Source of the DNA: Candidatus Binataceae bacterium
GTDB lineage: Bacteria > Desulfobacterota > Binatia > Binatales > Binataceae
Assembly (NCBI GenBank): GCA_050736615.1
Contig: JBOHWL010000123.1
Span: 27,384 to 91,383, forward strand
Length of the DNA: 64,000 nt
Reading direction: 5' to 3'
Shown here: positions 1 to 10,617 of the stretch, one piece after another
Numbering within the stretch: the first letter of the stretch is position 1
How the letters are laid out: each line of letters begins with the position of its first letter
The notes under the pieces: generated by a model
Told to the model about the DNA's origin: nothing
Database searches by the model: none
What the model saw: only the letters and a program-made list of their open reading frames with translations
Program-made: the position numbers and the translations under genes

Positions 1-589
1 TTCCGCGCATGCCAGTGGTATCCCACACATCGACAATGGTGACCTTCGAGGCCGGTACCAGCATTACGCGAATGTGCGGCGCGCCCCTGCGGTTGAGCTG
101 AGGCGCGCCGTTTTCGTAAATCACGCACCCACAAGCCATCATGCTGGCGTGCCGGCATCCGCTGCCGAAACGAAACCTGCCGCTTATCCGATAGCCGCCG
201 CCGACCACGTCAGCACGTTGGGGTGGCCGGAGATTTCCCGCGAGCACGCCATCGGTACTGCCGAAGAAACGCTGCGCGACGGTGGCATCGAAAAAAGCGG
301 CAAGAAAGCTGCCAGCCGTCGATATCATCGATAGCCAGCCGACCGAGCCTTCAATTCGCGCCAACTCTTCGACCACGCGCACCTGGCCCATCGGATCCAG
401 TTCCGGGCCGCCATACAGACGGGGCACTCCCATTCGGAAGACCTGGGCCTCCATCAATGCGCGCGCGAGATCGGGCGGGAGCCGTCGGTCAGCTTCAATT
501 AATGGCGCCACCTCGCGAATCTTCGGTTCCAGGGCGCGCACGTTTTCGAGAATCCCGCCGGCTGAGGCATCTATTTGATCGTCTCGCAT
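1..589 (-). CDS. Acyl-CoA dehydrogenase family protein (flavin-dependent monooxygenase-like), N-terminal part; the gene runs off the window start
   Basis: Manual reverse-strand translation from the ATG at 589 gives MRDDQIDASAGGILENVRALEPKIREVAPLIEADRRLPPDLARALMEAQVFRMGVPRLYGGPELDPMGQVRVVEELARIEGSVGW..., typical of acyl-CoA dehydrogenase family N-termini. It is absent from the ORF track because there is no stop in the window. Confidence 0.55.
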   Translation of the reverse strand, partial: MRDDQIDASAGGILENVRALEPKIREVAPLIEADRRLPPDLARALMEAQVFRMGVPRLYGGPELDPMGQVRVVEELARIEGSVGWLSMISTAGSFLAAFFDATVAQRFFGSTDGVLAGNLRPPQRADVVGGGYRISGRFRFGSGCRHASMMACGCVIYENGAPQLNRRGAPHIRVMLVPASKVTIVDVWDTTGMRG

Positions 590-825
590 TGGCCGAACAC
601 TCCAGCATCAGGTTTGTGCAAAACACGACTGAATTCAATTCTCAGGACAAATGCTATTTACCCGTAAACCTGGGCGGCCGCATCTCCATGAATGCGCGCG
701 GTCCTTCCTTTGCGTTCTCGGTCGCCATCGTGAATGCCGGGATAATAATTTCAGAGACTTCGGTGGCGATCGGTTCCGGCCATCACGCCAGCCAGAGCAA
801 AGTCATTGCAAGAAGCGGGTTGGCG

Positions 826-1671
826 TCAGAGCGAAACGTTGCGCAAATGCGCGATCACAAGCTCCGCTATCCGATCGGCAAATTGGTCAACGATAAAATG
901 ACCACCGCCCTCGATTTGTATGAACCGGTACGAGCCGTGGACGAATTGTTCGGTCAGCTCCGCCGCGCGGCGGCCGACACTCGCGTCTGCCGTGCCCCAG
1001 ATATAGAGCGTGGGCACGGAGACGGAAGGAATTTCGGAAGCGATGTTATTTGCGCGATACCAGTTGATCGCCGCTTCCAGCGCACCGGGCTCACTGAGCG
1101 TCTGAAAATGCGCGTCGAGATTTTCGGGTGAAATGCCCTCCCGCGCCAAGCCGGCTCGCAGCATCTTGAAATTATCCTGACGCAGCCGATTGATCACGTC
1201 GGATTGGCGAAACGCCGTGTGATGTTGAGACCGTTTGGGTTGTTCCGGGTCTTCAACCAGGGCGCGGGCGAAAGCGGCGGGATGCGGGCGCGAGAGCATC
1301 GTCAGAGTCGCGACGCGAGCGGGATTTCCAGCCGCTATCAGCCAGGCGAGCTGTCCGCCCCAATCGTGGCCGACCAGGTGAAACCGACCCGCCCCGCAAG
1401 TATCCATCAGGGCCAGTGCGTCGGCCGTGAGCAGATTGCTTGCGTACGCCTCGACCTCGGCCGGACGTGCGCCCGCGGAATAGCCGCGTTGATCGGGAGC
1501 GACGGCGCGAAATCCGGCCGCCGCCAAGGCGCGCAATTGATGACCCCACATGCGGCGTGTCTGCGGAAATCCGTGGAGCAGCAGGACGGGAGGACCTGAA
1601 GCAGGACCGGCGGTATCGACGGTAAATTGAAACTCGCCGATTTTCCAGGTTTGCGTTTGCACTTCCGCCAC
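826..1671 (-). CDS. alpha/beta hydrolase (haloalkane dehalogenase/epoxide hydrolase-like fold)
   Basis: 281-aa ORF with LLLHGFPQTRRMWGHQLRALAAAGFRAVAPDQRGY and HDWGG nucleophile-elbow motifs. Confidence 0.8.
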   Translation of the reverse strand: MAEVQTQTWKIGEFQFTVDTAGPASGPPVLLLHGFPQTRRMWGHQLRALAAAGFRAVAPDQRGYSAGARPAEVEAYASNLLTADALALMDTCGAGRFHLVGHDWGGQLAWLIAAGNPARVATLTMLSRPHPAAFARALVEDPEQPKRSQHHTAFRQSDVINRLRQDNFKMLRAGLAREGISPENLDAHFQTLSEPGALEAAINWYRANNIASEIPSVSVPTLYIWGTADASVGRRAAELTEQFVHGSYRFIQIEGGGHFIVDQFADRIAELVIAHLRNVSL

Positions 1672-1930
1672 CTACGCCAAATAGCCCTAAACACTTTACG
1701 CCTAACAATTGCAAGTGACATAACGGAGCGCCTCAACGTTCCACCGTTCGGTATTGTTGCGTGGGAGTAACGCACGTTCAATCTTGATCGATGCGCGCGT
1801 CTGGCTCGACCGCGTTCGAACATTTAAGGTGGAGCGAGCATCGCATCGCTGTCCGCGTTGTGATCGATGCGATGTACCAGAGCAGTACCGTTGCCGCGGG
1901 TGGGAGTTGTCCCGTAGTCTGGGATGCGTC

Positions 1931-2935
1931 ATGGCGGTTACGTTTGGGACTAATCGATTCCACTTTCTCGACGCCGAGCGGCTGATCGAGTCGTGTCTCG
2001 AGACTGAAAAGGCTGGGTTTGAGTACCTGTGGTTTCCGGACAGCCAGCTTCATTGCGGCGACGTTTTCCTCAACCTCCTGACTGCCGCGCGTCATACTGA
2101 AGGTTGCAAAGTTGGCACCTTGATCGTCAATCCGGTCACGCGCCATCCGAGCGTGACGGCGGCGAGTATCGCCGCGGTCGACAGTTACGTGCCGGGCCGC
2201 CTGATCCTCGGCGTGGGCTCGGGTGACACCGCGGTCCTGCAGGTCGGTCTCAAGCCCGCACGGCTGGTTGAGATGGAACGCGCTGTCCGCGTTATGCGCG
2301 GATTGCTGGCGGGCGAGGCGCTGGAACTTGGCTGGAGCGCGCCGTCACGGCTTGACCGTCCGCGTCAGGTGCCAGTCGTAGTTGCGAGCGGCGGGCCGAA
2401 GACACTGCGTATGGCGGGGCGCTATGCCGACGGTGTCGTGATTCGCGTCGGTGCCGATGCGGAACTGCTGCGATGGGCTTACGGTGAGTTCAGCGCCGGT
2501 GCGCGTGAGTCCGGCCGTGATGTCGAGTCACTTTTCGTCGCGGTTCACTTTCATACCGTAATCACCGACGATCCCGATTTGGCCCTGGCGCGCGGGCGTG
2601 TGATGGCGGCCGGCTATTATGAAGTCAATCCACTCTTGTGGCGGCGGCTGGGGCTGGTATGGCCGTGCGCTCCGCTGGAGGAGATTCGGCGGCGGGTGCG
2701 GCCCGATTTTCATCACGCGGCTGATATGGGCCTGGCGGCGCGGACGGTGGCGGAAATTCCCGCGTCGGTGGCGCGACGATTTTGCCTGATGGGTGGCGCC
2801 GATGATGTGTGCGCGCAGTTGGAGCGGCTGTTGCTCCAGCTTCCATGGGTGCGGCACGTCGTCCTGCAGCCGAACATGCCAGGCGCGTCTTTTCTGGGCG
2901 CGTGCGGTAAACGTGTCATTCCAGCCTTTCGCTGA
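1931..2935 (+). CDS. LLM-class (luciferase-like) F420/flavin-dependent oxidoreductase
   Basis: MAVTFGTNRFHFLD...LWFPDSQL...ILGVGSGD are luciferase-like monooxygenase family features. The internal ATG at 1931 was chosen because the upstream part of ORF 1754 lacks homology. Confidence 0.7.
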   Translation: MAVTFGTNRFHFLDAERLIESCLETEKAGFEYLWFPDSQLHCGDVFLNLLTAARHTEGCKVGTLIVNPVTRHPSVTAASIAAVDSYVPGRLILGVGSGDTAVLQVGLKPARLVEMERAVRVMRGLLAGEALELGWSAPSRLDRPRQVPVVVASGGPKTLRMAGRYADGVVIRVGADAELLRWAYGEFSAGARESGRDVESLFVAVHFHTVITDDPDLALARGRVMAAGYYEVNPLLWRRLGLVWPCAPLEEIRRRVRPDFHHAADMGLAARTVAEIPASVARRFCLMGGADDVCAQLERLLLQLPWVRHVVLQPNMPGASFLGACGKRVIPAFR

Positions 2936-2957
2936 ACCCCGCGGCCTTTCGAGTTAA

Positions 2958-2982
2958 CCGGCTGCCCTTTGGGCAGTTTCAT
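2958..2982. terminator. Putative intrinsic terminator hairpin (CTGCCC-TTT-GGGCAG followed by TTTCAT)
   Basis: Inverted repeat immediately downstream of the LLM oxidoreductase stop, followed by a T-rich tract. Confidence 0.4.
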
Positions 2983-3181
2983 GATGAGGCGCGCCGCTAC
3001 ATAGGCGTTGGGTGGGCTTCCGCCTTGAAGCTGAGCCCTTCAGGATGATAGCCTGATGGCGTGGGCCGCTGCCCACTTTTTTGTTCGTTCGCCGCTTGTT
3101 CCAGGAAAATTATCGCCCGGTTGGCCCTGGAGGCGAATACGCCGAGGTAAACCGCCGTTGTTGGTGTTGCAAGTTAATCCG

Positions 3182-3637
3182 GTGGCGAAAAAGGTCATCG
3201 AAATGCTCGAGTCTCATGTCGAGCGGCAAGGTTTCGAATTAGTGACGGTGGAATTCCGCAAGGGTACGCGTAATTCGTTGCTGCGCTTGCTGATTGATCG
3301 GCCCGAGGGCGGGGTGACGCTGAGCGACCTGGAACGCTTAAGTCCGGTTTTGGGCGACTTGCTCGATGTCTATGACCCGGTGGAGGGGCATTACACGATG
3401 GAGGTATCATCGCCGGGGATTAACCGGCCGTTGGTGAAGCTCAGCCATTTTGAAGCGTTTCAAGGACAACGGGTGCGGATCCGGACCAATCATCCGCGCG
3501 ACGGGCGCAAGTTATTCGAAGGTACATTGGTGGGGGTTAATGCCGAGGGGGTCGAGTTAGACGACGAGCAGAGTCATAGCCGCCAAGCCTTCGCGTTCGA
3601 CGAGATCAAAGGGGCCAATTACGAGCATACGTTTTAG
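3182..3637 (+). CDS. rimP: Ribosome maturation factor RimP
   Basis: GFELVTVEF...LRLLIDRPEGGVTLSDLERLSPVLGDLLD...YTMEVSSPGINRPL matches RimP. It lies immediately upstream of nusA. A GTG start at 3182 is assumed; the ATG at 3203 is the alternative. Confidence 0.85.
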   Translation: MAKKVIEMLESHVERQGFELVTVEFRKGTRNSLLRLLIDRPEGGVTLSDLERLSPVLGDLLDVYDPVEGHYTMEVSSPGINRPLVKLSHFEAFQGQRVRIRTNHPRDGRKLFEGTLVGVNAEGVELDDEQSHSRQAFAFDEIKGANYEHTF

Positions 3638-3812
3638 CGTCGATTCAAACGAGACGAAGAACGTGACGGCAGCGACGGCGCGGCGGATAAGTGATTAATT
3701 TAGACAAAATGACGCAGCTAACTGCCATAAAACGCCCGGCGTGTCCTCGAGTGCGGCCAGACCGCCGCTAGTATGGTCCGACGGGTGGGATTATGTGTCT
3801 TGCGGAGGCGAT

Positions 3813-5282
3813 ATGTCGGTCGATCTGAATCGTGTGATCGAGCAGGTGTCGAAGGAAAAAGGGATCGACAAGACGATCGTCGTCAATGCGGTCGAGGAGA
3901 TGATGCATTCCGCGGCGCGCCGTACGTTTGGGCCGGACCGCAATATCGAGTCGCGCTACAACCCGGATATCGGCGAAGTCGAACTGTTCGAAATCAAGAC
4001 CGTGGTCGAGCAGGTTGCCAATCCAGCTTCGGAAGTGGAGCTTGAAGAAGCGCACAGCCGGTATGATCCGGAGGCTCAGGCGGGTGACGAAATCCTGATT
4101 AAGCTCGATACCGCCACGATGGGCCGGATTGCGGCGCAAGCCGCCAAGCAGAATCTCATCCAGCACATCCGGGACGCTGAACGCAAACAGATTTACAACG
4201 AGTTCAAGGACCGCAAGAGCGAGGTCGTCTCGGGCATCGTGCAGCGCTTCGAGCGCAAGAACATGATCGTGAACCTGGGCCGCACCGAGGCGATTTTGCC
4301 GGAGAAGGAACAGATTCCGCACGAGCGCTATCGGCAAGGTGACCGTATTCGGGCGCTGATCGTGGACGTTGATTTATCTGAAAAAGGACTTTCGATTGTG
4401 CTTTCACGCACCTCGAACGCCTTTCTCTGCAAATTGTTCGAACAGGAAGTGCCGGAAATCTACGAAGGCATCGTCGAGATTCGCCAATGCGCGCGTGAAC
4501 CCGGCGGGCGCGCTAAAGTCGCGGTTTACTCCAAGGACAACGATGTCGATCCCGTCGGCGCGTGCGTCGGCATGAAGGGTACCCGCGTGCAGTCGGTGGT
4601 CCAGGAATTGCGCGGTGAAAAGATCGATATCGTGCCGTGGACCGATGATCAGGCCGAGTTGGTATGCCGAGCACTGGCACCCGCCAAGGTTTCCAAGGTG
4701 ATCATCGACGAAGACGAGCATGCGATGGAAGTGATTGTCCCCGATGATCAGCTTTCGCTCGCAATCGGCAAGCGCGGCCAGAACGTCCGCCTTGCTCATC
4801 GGCTGTCCGGATGGAAGCTCGACGTGCGCAGCGATTCGGAGGCTGAAGAGGAAGCGCGCGCGGCGCGCGCGTCGCTCAACGCGATTCCCGGCATCGGAGA
4901 CATCAATGCCGAATTGCTCTACCAATGGGGGTTCCGGTCCTCTGAACAGTTGGCTGAAGCCAACGAGAATAATTTTGAGGTGGAAGGGATCAGCCCTGAG
5001 CGCGCCTATCAGGTGATCAACGCGGCGCGCGAATGGGTGGCAAGCAAAAGACGTCTGGAAGAGGAGCGCGCCGCCGCCGCCGCGGCGGCCGCGGAAGCGG
5101 ATGCCGGTGTTGAAGAAAATGGCGCGGCGGAGTCCGCCTCCGATTCCAAGGATGCGGATGGGAATGACTATCGCGCCGCCGCGGGTGACACTGCCGGCAC
5201 AACCGAAAACGTTGAAAGCCGTCCCGATGAGGCCGCGCCGAGCCCGGCGACGGATACTGAAGACGCCGATGTCAAGCCATAG
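3813..5282 (+). CDS. nusA: Transcription termination/antitermination factor NusA
   Basis: NusA N-terminal domain (VIEQVSKEKGIDKTIVVNAVEEMM), S1 and KH domains (GMKGTRVQSVVQELRGEKIDIV), acidic C-terminal tail. Canonical rimP-nusA-infB context. Confidence 0.95.
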   Translation: MSVDLNRVIEQVSKEKGIDKTIVVNAVEEMMHSAARRTFGPDRNIESRYNPDIGEVELFEIKTVVEQVANPASEVELEEAHSRYDPEAQAGDEILIKLDTATMGRIAAQAAKQNLIQHIRDAERKQIYNEFKDRKSEVVSGIVQRFERKNMIVNLGRTEAILPEKEQIPHERYRQGDRIRALIVDVDLSEKGLSIVLSRTSNAFLCKLFEQEVPEIYEGIVEIRQCAREPGGRAKVAVYSKDNDVDPVGACVGMKGTRVQSVVQELRGEKIDIVPWTDDQAELVCRALAPAKVSKVIIDEDEHAMEVIVPDDQLSLAIGKRGQNVRLAHRLSGWKLDVRSDSEAEEEARAARASLNAIPGIGDINAELLYQWGFRSSEQLAEANENNFEVEGISPERAYQVINAAREWVASKRRLEEERAAAAAAAAEADAGVEENGAAESASDSKDADGNDYRAAAGDTAGTTENVESRPDEAAPSPATDTEDADVKP

Positions 5283-5286
5283 ACCG

Positions 5287-5556
5287 ATGCGCACATGCCT
5301 AGGATGCGGGCGCCGCGATTTCAAATCCGCGATGGTGCGGATGGCGGCGCGCGACGGTAAGGTGGCGCTCGATACCGAGGCGCGCTTGCGAGGGCGGGGT
5401 GGCTATCTTCATGTCAATGCGGAATGTGCGCACAAATTCGAGAAGAGCAAAATCAAACAGTTCAGATCGCTCAAGCTGACGATAAGCCCGGAAGAGCGTG
5501 GAAAGATAACTCAGCGGATTCGAACGCGGCTGGATAGTGAGACCGCGCTCGCATAA
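5287..5556 (+). CDS. ylxR: YlxR/DUF448 family RNA-binding protein
   Basis: [19 protein letters not shown]...GRGGYLH.N.ECA is the YlxR signature. It sits between nusA and infB as in many bacteria. Confidence 0.8.
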   Translation: MRTCLGCGRRDFKSAMVRMAARDGKVALDTEARLRGRGGYLHVNAECAHKFEKSKIKQFRSLKLTISPEERGKITQRIRTRLDSETALA

Positions 5557-5566
5557 TATAGATCAG

Positions 5567-8563
5567 ATGGCTCGAAAGCGAATTAAGACCCTTGCCACCG
5601 ATTTGGGCGTGTCCGTTGAGGACGTGCTCGCAAGCAGCAGACGGCTGCGTTTGGCCCACGCGCATTCCGAATCCAGTGTGCTCTCGTCCGAGGATACCGA
5701 ACGGATCAAAGCCGACCTCGACGAACAGGCTCATCGCGCGGCTCTGATGCGGCGTGAAACCGTGGTTGAGACTAGCGCCGGCAAAGTGGTTGAGAAGCGG
5801 CTCAACGCCACCGTGATGCGGCGACGGCATACCGAGCCGGAACCGTCGCAAGCGGCGCCGGTCGAGGCTGAACTCTTCCATTTCGAAGTTGAACAAAGCC
5901 GTGACGAGGAACCGTTCGTCGCGCCAGTCTTCGAAGTACCTACGCCCGCGGAGTCCGACCTTGCGGAATTGCCAGCATTGGAAATGATTGAACCCGTTCA
6001 TGCGGAAACCGCCCAGTCGGCGACTGACGTTGAGACCGAAATTGTGACGCCGGCGGCGGCCGAGCTGACGGAGCCGCAAACCCCGACGGACTTGCCGCCC
6101 GAAGAGAATGTCAACGGCATCGCAACCAAACTTACGACAGCCGAGCGTCAGCCGGAGTTGGATAAAGGTTCCGGAGCCGCGGCCCGGACCCTGCCCGCCG
6201 AGGTCAAAGCCACCCCTGCTCAGTCGGCCGTTGAACGTGAATCACACGGCCGGCCGGTGCCCGCGCGCAGTTCTCCCACGACGCCGCCCAGCGCGGCGTC
6301 GGGCCCGCGTGGCGCTGGCACGCCGGTGCCGCGCACAAGTGAGTCGTTGACGCCCGGCCGTACGATTAACCTGACCGGTGCCGCGCATGCTTCGGCGCCG
6401 AGTCTCGACGACGGGCCGCGTGGTCCCAAAGTGCTCGGCAAGATTGATTTGCGCAAACCAGCGCCGCGTCCGGCACCGCCGACCACGGCACGTCCGGGCA
6501 CCGCGTTGGGACGCCCGGCGGGACGTCCATCGCCTGCGGGAGGGATGCCGGAACCATTCGCTCCGCCACCTTCACCCGACCAGGTGAAGCCGGGTGCGCG
6601 TGCAATCAAAAAGAAGAAGGTCGTCAAGAAGGGGACGACGGATGTCGCGGCCGAACGCGAGATGCGCGGGATGCGCGTCCCGAAGAAGCGTCGCGCCCTG
6701 CCCGGCAAGGAACAGAGAAAGACCGAAATTACGACGCCGAAGGCCTCAAAGCGCGTCGTGCGTATCACTGAGGGTGTGACCGTCGGCGATCTCGCGCGCA
6801 ATATGGGTGTCAAGGCAGCCGAGATTATCAAGAAATTGATGGGCCTGGGCGTGATGTCGACGCTCAATCAGGTGCTCGACGTTGACACCGCGACATTGGT
6901 CGCCAGTGACTTCGGTTACAGTGTTGAAAACGTCGCTTTCGATGCCGAATCCGCCATCGCTGAAGAAGGCGAGGAGGTGGCGGAGGGCGAAGCGGTGACG
7001 CGCCCACCGGTGGTCACGGTCATGGGCCATGTGGACCACGGCAAGACTTCACTCCTCGACGCGATCCGTCATACCAGCGTGACCGAGCGGGAATTTGGCG
7101 GGATCACGCAGCATATCGGCGCGTACACGGTTGAGGCCAACGGACGCAAGCTCAGCTTCGTTGATACGCCCGGCCATGAAGCGTTTACGGCGATGCGCGC
7201 GCGTGGCGCAAAGGTCACCGATATCGTGATCCTGGTGGTGGCGGCCGACGAAGGCGTGATGCCGCAGACGGTTGAGGCGATTAATCATGCGCGCGCCGCC
7301 GGCGTGCCGATTATCGTCGCGATCAACAAAATCGATCGACCCGAGGCCAACGTCGATCGGGTTAAGCAGCAGCTCACGGAACATGCACTGATTCCCGAGG
7401 ACTACGGCGGCGATACTATCGTGGCGCCAGTCTCGGCACGCACTCGCGAGGGTATCGACCATCTGCTCGAAATGATTCTGCTGCAAGCCGACCTGATGGA
7501 CCTGAAGGCCAATCCGGCTCGTTCGGCGCGCGGCACCGTGGTGGAATCACAACTCGACCGCGGCCGCGGTCCGGTGGCGACCGTGCTGATCCAGGAGGGC
7601 ACGCTGCATCAGGGCGAGCCATTCGTCTGCGGCATGACCTATGGGCGCGTGCGCGCGATGCTTAATCATCTGGGGCAGCGGGTGACCGAGGCGGGCCCTT
7701 CCACGCCGGTCGAAATTTTCGGATTATCGAGTGTGCCTGAACCGGGCACCGCGTTTATCGGCGTCGCCGACGAGGCCAAGGCGCGCCAGGTCGCTGAATT
7801 CCGTCATTCCAAACAGCGCGAAGGCGTGTTGCAAAAGACCAGCCGCGTCTCGCTTGAGTCTTTGAGCGAGCGGATGCTGGCGGGAGAGGTCAAAGAGCTG
7901 CGCGTCATTATCAAGGGCGACGTCAACGGTTCAGTCGAGGCGGTGGCCGACTCGCTGCAGCGCTTGTCAACCGAAGAAGTCAAGCTTGACCTGATTCATA
8001 AATCGGTCGGCGCGATTTCCGAAACCGACGTGAGCCTGGCCTCCGCCTCCAAAGCGATCATCATTGGGTTCAACATCCGCCCCGAGCCCAAAGCGGCGCA
8101 ACTTGCCGAAAAGGAAGGGGTTGAAATCCGCCTCTACACCATAATCTACGAAGCGATCAACGACATGCGCGAGGCCATGGAAGGATTGCTGGCGCCCACC
8201 TACCGCGAGAGATCTTTGGGCCGCGCCGAGGTTCGTCAGACCTTCGTCGTCCAGGGCAATACCGTGGCCGGTGCGATGGTGCTCGAGGGTAAATTACTGC
8301 GCGGCGCGCGCAGTCGCCTGGTGCGCGATGGGCGGGTGGTATGGGAAGGCAGGATCGGTTCGCTCCGGCGGTTTAAAGATGATGCTCGCGAAGTTCAGAG
8401 CGGTTATGAATGCGGCGTCGGGCTGGAGAATTTCAACGATGTCAAACCCGGTGACGTGGTCGAAAATTTCGAAATGGAGACGGTTCTGCGCAAACTCTCC
8501 GCGCCCCGGCAGGAGTCAATCCGCGGCCAAAGTGCGGTGATGGAGAAGCAGCTCCACACCTGA
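5567..8563 (+). CDS. infB: Translation initiation factor IF-2
   Basis: Long low-complexity N-terminal region, then a GTPase domain ([30 protein letters not shown]) and the IF-2 C-terminal domains. Confidence 0.95.
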   Translation: MARKRIKTLATDLGVSVEDVLASSRRLRLAHAHSESSVLSSEDTERIKADLDEQAHRAALMRRETVVETSAGKVVEKRLNATVMRRRHTEPEPSQAAPVEAELFHFEVEQSRDEEPFVAPVFEVPTPAESDLAELPALEMIEPVHAETAQSATDVETEIVTPAAAELTEPQTPTDLPPEENVNGIATKLTTAERQPELDKGSGAAARTLPAEVKATPAQSAVERESHGRPVPARSSPTTPPSAASGPRGAGTPVPRTSESLTPGRTINLTGAAHASAPSLDDGPRGPKVLGKIDLRKPAPRPAPPTTARPGTALGRPAGRPSPAGGMPEPFAPPPSPDQVKPGARAIKKKKVVKKGTTDVAAEREMRGMRVPKKRRALPGKEQRKTEITTPKASKRVVRITEGVTVGDLARNMGVKAAEIIKKLMGLGVMSTLNQVLDVDTATLVASDFGYSVENVAFDAESAIAEEGEEVAEGEAVTRPPVVTVMGHVDHGKTSLLDAIRHTSVTEREFGGITQHIGAYTVEANGRKLSFVDTPGHEAFTAMRARGAKVTDIVILVVAADEGVMPQTVEAINHARAAGVPIIVAINKIDRPEANVDRVKQQLTEHALIPEDYGGDTIVAPVSARTREGIDHLLEMILLQADLMDLKANPARSARGTVVESQLDRGRGPVATVLIQEGTLHQGEPFVCGMTYGRVRAMLNHLGQRVTEAGPSTPVEIFGLSSVPEPGTAFIGVADEAKARQVAEFRHSKQREGVLQKTSRVSLESLSERMLAGEVKELRVIIKGDVNGSVEAVADSLQRLSTEEVKLDLIHKSVGAISETDVSLASASKAIIIGFNIRPEPKAAQLAEKEGVEIRLYTIIYEAINDMREAMEGLLAPTYRERSLGRAEVRQTFVVQGNTVAGAMVLEGKLLRGARSRLVRDGRVVWEGRIGSLRRFKDDAREVQSGYECGVGLENFNDVKPGDVVENFEMETVLRKLSAPRQESIRGQSAVMEKQLHT

Positions 8564-8684
8564 GCCCGGTTTAACCGCGGCAACGCTTGACCTTCAGTCG
8601 TCCGCCGATACGTGCACAGGTTCGGTAACCAAGCGACCTGCTGCGGCGGGCGACGCGAAGTGGTTGGGGCGGGAGGGGCTATCC

Positions 8685-8972
8685 ATGGTCGTTGGTGTAC
8701 TGCAACTGACGCTGTTCCTGCCGGAAAATCATTCGCTCAAGGGAAAAAGGCAGGTCTTGCGCGCGATTAAGGATCGTGTGCGCAACAAATTCAACGTGTC
8801 CATCGCCGAGGCGGACAGTCACGATTTATGGCAGCGTGCCGAACTGGGCATTTGTCAGGTCGGCAATGACCGCGCCTTTGTTGATTCGGCGCTGCGCACG
8901 GTCGTCAACTTCATCGATTCGCTAGGCTTGGCGCCGATTGGTGGCGAGCGCCTCGAAATTTTAAACTATTAG
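8685..8972 (+). CDS. DUF503 family protein (YlxP-like)
   Basis: MVVGVLQLTLFLPENHSLKGKRQVLRAIKDRVRNKFNVSIAE is typical of the DUF503 proteins encoded between infB and rbfA. An RBS GGGAGGGG lies upstream of the ATG at 8685. Confidence 0.75.
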   Translation: MVVGVLQLTLFLPENHSLKGKRQVLRAIKDRVRNKFNVSIAEADSHDLWQRAELGICQVGNDRAFVDSALRTVVNFIDSLGLAPIGGERLEILNY

Positions 8973-8990
8973 AACAAGTTCGTGGCAGCC

Positions 8991-9175
8991 GTCATTCCGA
9001 GAGTGTGTGAGGATTTTGTTTTTCTGTCATTCCGAGCACAGCGAGGAATCCCGGATGTTTCTGCTTTTCCTGTGTTTTTTCGGGATTCTTCACTTATTTG
9101 AACGCACCTCGCGGACTCGTTTGCTCGCTCCGCCTCCGGCTACGCTAATGGCGGCCTCCGTTCAGAATGACACAA
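8991..9175. repeat. Palindromic MITE-like repeat, copy 1 (GTCATTCCGAG...TTCAGAATGAC termini, GAATCCCGG...CCGGGATTC core hairpin)
   Basis: About 50 bp nearly identical to 26900-26950. The arm 9101-9170 is the reverse complement of 31750-31830. Lies in the DUF503-rbfA intergenic spacer. Confidence 0.8.
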
Positions 9176-9245
9176 AAATTCACGCATTCTTAGGACTGAG
9201 CGGACGCGGCTTTGGCGCCCGGCGTTGCCGCGCTAGAATTGAGCC

Positions 9246-9599
9246 ATGCTGGGCGAAGTGCGACGGCCCGAACGGGTCGCCGAATTGATCTTACGCGAAT
9301 TGTCGCTGATGTTGTTGCGGGACCTGAAAGATCCGCGCTTGCGCGGAATCACTATCACTTCGGTGCGGATGAGCGATGATTTACGTCTCGCACGCGTTTA
9401 TTTTTCCCATCTATCGGGAACCGCGCATGCGCCCGAGGCAATCGCCGGCTTCCATAGCGCGGCTGGATTTATCCGCCGTCAAGTCGGACGTGCGCTAGGC
9501 TTGCGCTATACGCCCGAACTGGAATTCCAATTTGACCCGGGTCTGGAAAAGGCGGCGCGCATCGACGCTCTGCTGCGCGAATCCCGCTCCAGAGAATGA
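9246..9599 (+). CDS. rbfA: Ribosome-binding factor A
   Basis: RVAELILRELSLMLLRDLKDPRLRGITITSVRMSDDLRLARVYFS is RbfA. Confidence 0.9.
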   Translation: MLGEVRRPERVAELILRELSLMLLRDLKDPRLRGITITSVRMSDDLRLARVYFSHLSGTAHAPEAIAGFHSAAGFIRRQVGRALGLRYTPELEFQFDPGLEKAARIDALLRESRSRE

Positions 9600-9687
9600 G
9601 TCGCACGCGAACCTTGGCGCGTGCGTGATTAGTGGTCAAATCGATTCGTATTCCGCGGTTCGAGTTTTTGCATGGAATGGCTGACGC

Positions 9688-10617
9688 TTGATGGATGGAA
9701 TTATCCTGGTCGATAAGCCGGCCGGTCCGACTTCCGCTGAAATCGTCCGCAAAATCAAGGCGGCCATCAGGGCGCACTCGCGTTCGGCGCCGCGCGTGGG
9801 TCATCTGGGCACGTTGGACCCGTTCGCCACCGGCCTTTTGCCCATCATGGTGGGTGAAGCAACCAAGCTGGCGCCTTTTATTCAGGCCGGTGAGAAGGAA
9901 TACGAGGGCACAATCGCGCTGGGAGTCGAAACTGACACCCTCGATCCAACTGGAACGCCGGTCCGGACTGCGGCGGTGCCAAGCTTGGACGCGGCTCGGC
10001 TGACGCGTCTGGCCGCGGCGTATAGTGGCAAAATCGAGCAGGTCGCGCCGATCTTTTCGGCAATCAAGCGCGGTGGAGTGCCACTCTACAAGCGCGCTCG
10101 CCAGGGCGAGGAGATTGTCCCACCCCGGCGCTCGGTCGAGATTATGCGGCTCGAACTGGAGGCGGCCGATCCCGCACATTTGCGCTTTTTCGTAGTGTGT
10201 TCCGGCGGCACCTATATTCGTTCGCTTGCTCGCGACATTGGCGCGGAACTTGGCAGCGCGGCGCATCTGGCGTCGCTGCGCCGGATGCGCAGTGGCGGTT
10301 TCCGTGTCGAGCGCGCGTGCTCGTTCGAACAAGTGCTGCGTGGTTTGGAAAGCGGCACGGGCCCGCCGCTCATCGCTCCGCGCGAGGCGTTGCCCACGCT
10401 TGCGGAGGTGGAAATCGATGCCGCGCGCGAAGAACGCCTGCGTTATGGCGATGCGCGCGCGCTTGACGGCATGGTGCCGTCCGGCGCCGGCTTGTTCAAG
10501 GTAATTGCGCGTGGCGAGCTTGCCGCCATCGCGCAAGCGAACTCGCGCCTCACCGCGACTATCGCCCGGATTTTCAACCGGGAGACCGGGGGCGAACCTC
10601 AGATTGGCATCCGATAG
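9688..10617 (+). CDS. truB: tRNA pseudouridine(55) synthase TruB
   Basis: GIILVDKPAGPTS...VGHLGTLDPFATGLLPIMVGEATK is the catalytic-Asp motif of TruB. Confidence 0.92.
   Translation: MMDGIILVDKPAGPTSAEIVRKIKAAIRAHSRSAPRVGHLGTLDPFATGLLPIMVGEATKLAPFIQAGEKEYEGTIALGVETDTLDPTGTPVRTAAVPSLDAARLTRLAAAYSGKIEQVAPIFSAIKRGGVPLYKRARQGEEIVPPRRSVEIMRLELEAADPAHLRFFVVCSGGTYIRSLARDIGAELGSAAHLASLRRMRSGGFRVERACSFEQVLRGLESGTGPPLIAPREALPTLAEVEIDAAREERLRYGDARALDGMVPSGAGLFKVIARGELAAIAQANSRLTATIARIFNRETGGEPQIGIR

Noticed and set aside
223-1131. 302-aa plus-strand ORF overlapping the alpha/beta hydrolase and the acyl-CoA dehydrogenase-like gene
   Set aside because: Antisense to two homology-supported genes. Arg/Ala/Pro-rich composition is typical of spurious high-GC ORFs.
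9007-9288. ORFs 9007-9288 and 26802-27098 encoding ...RMFLLFLCFFGILH...
   Set aside because: They translate the palindromic repeat copies. The peptide similarity reflects repeat DNA, not a gene family.
9469-10536. 355-aa minus-strand ORF across rbfA/truB
   Set aside because: Antisense to truB and rbfA. No domain signatures.
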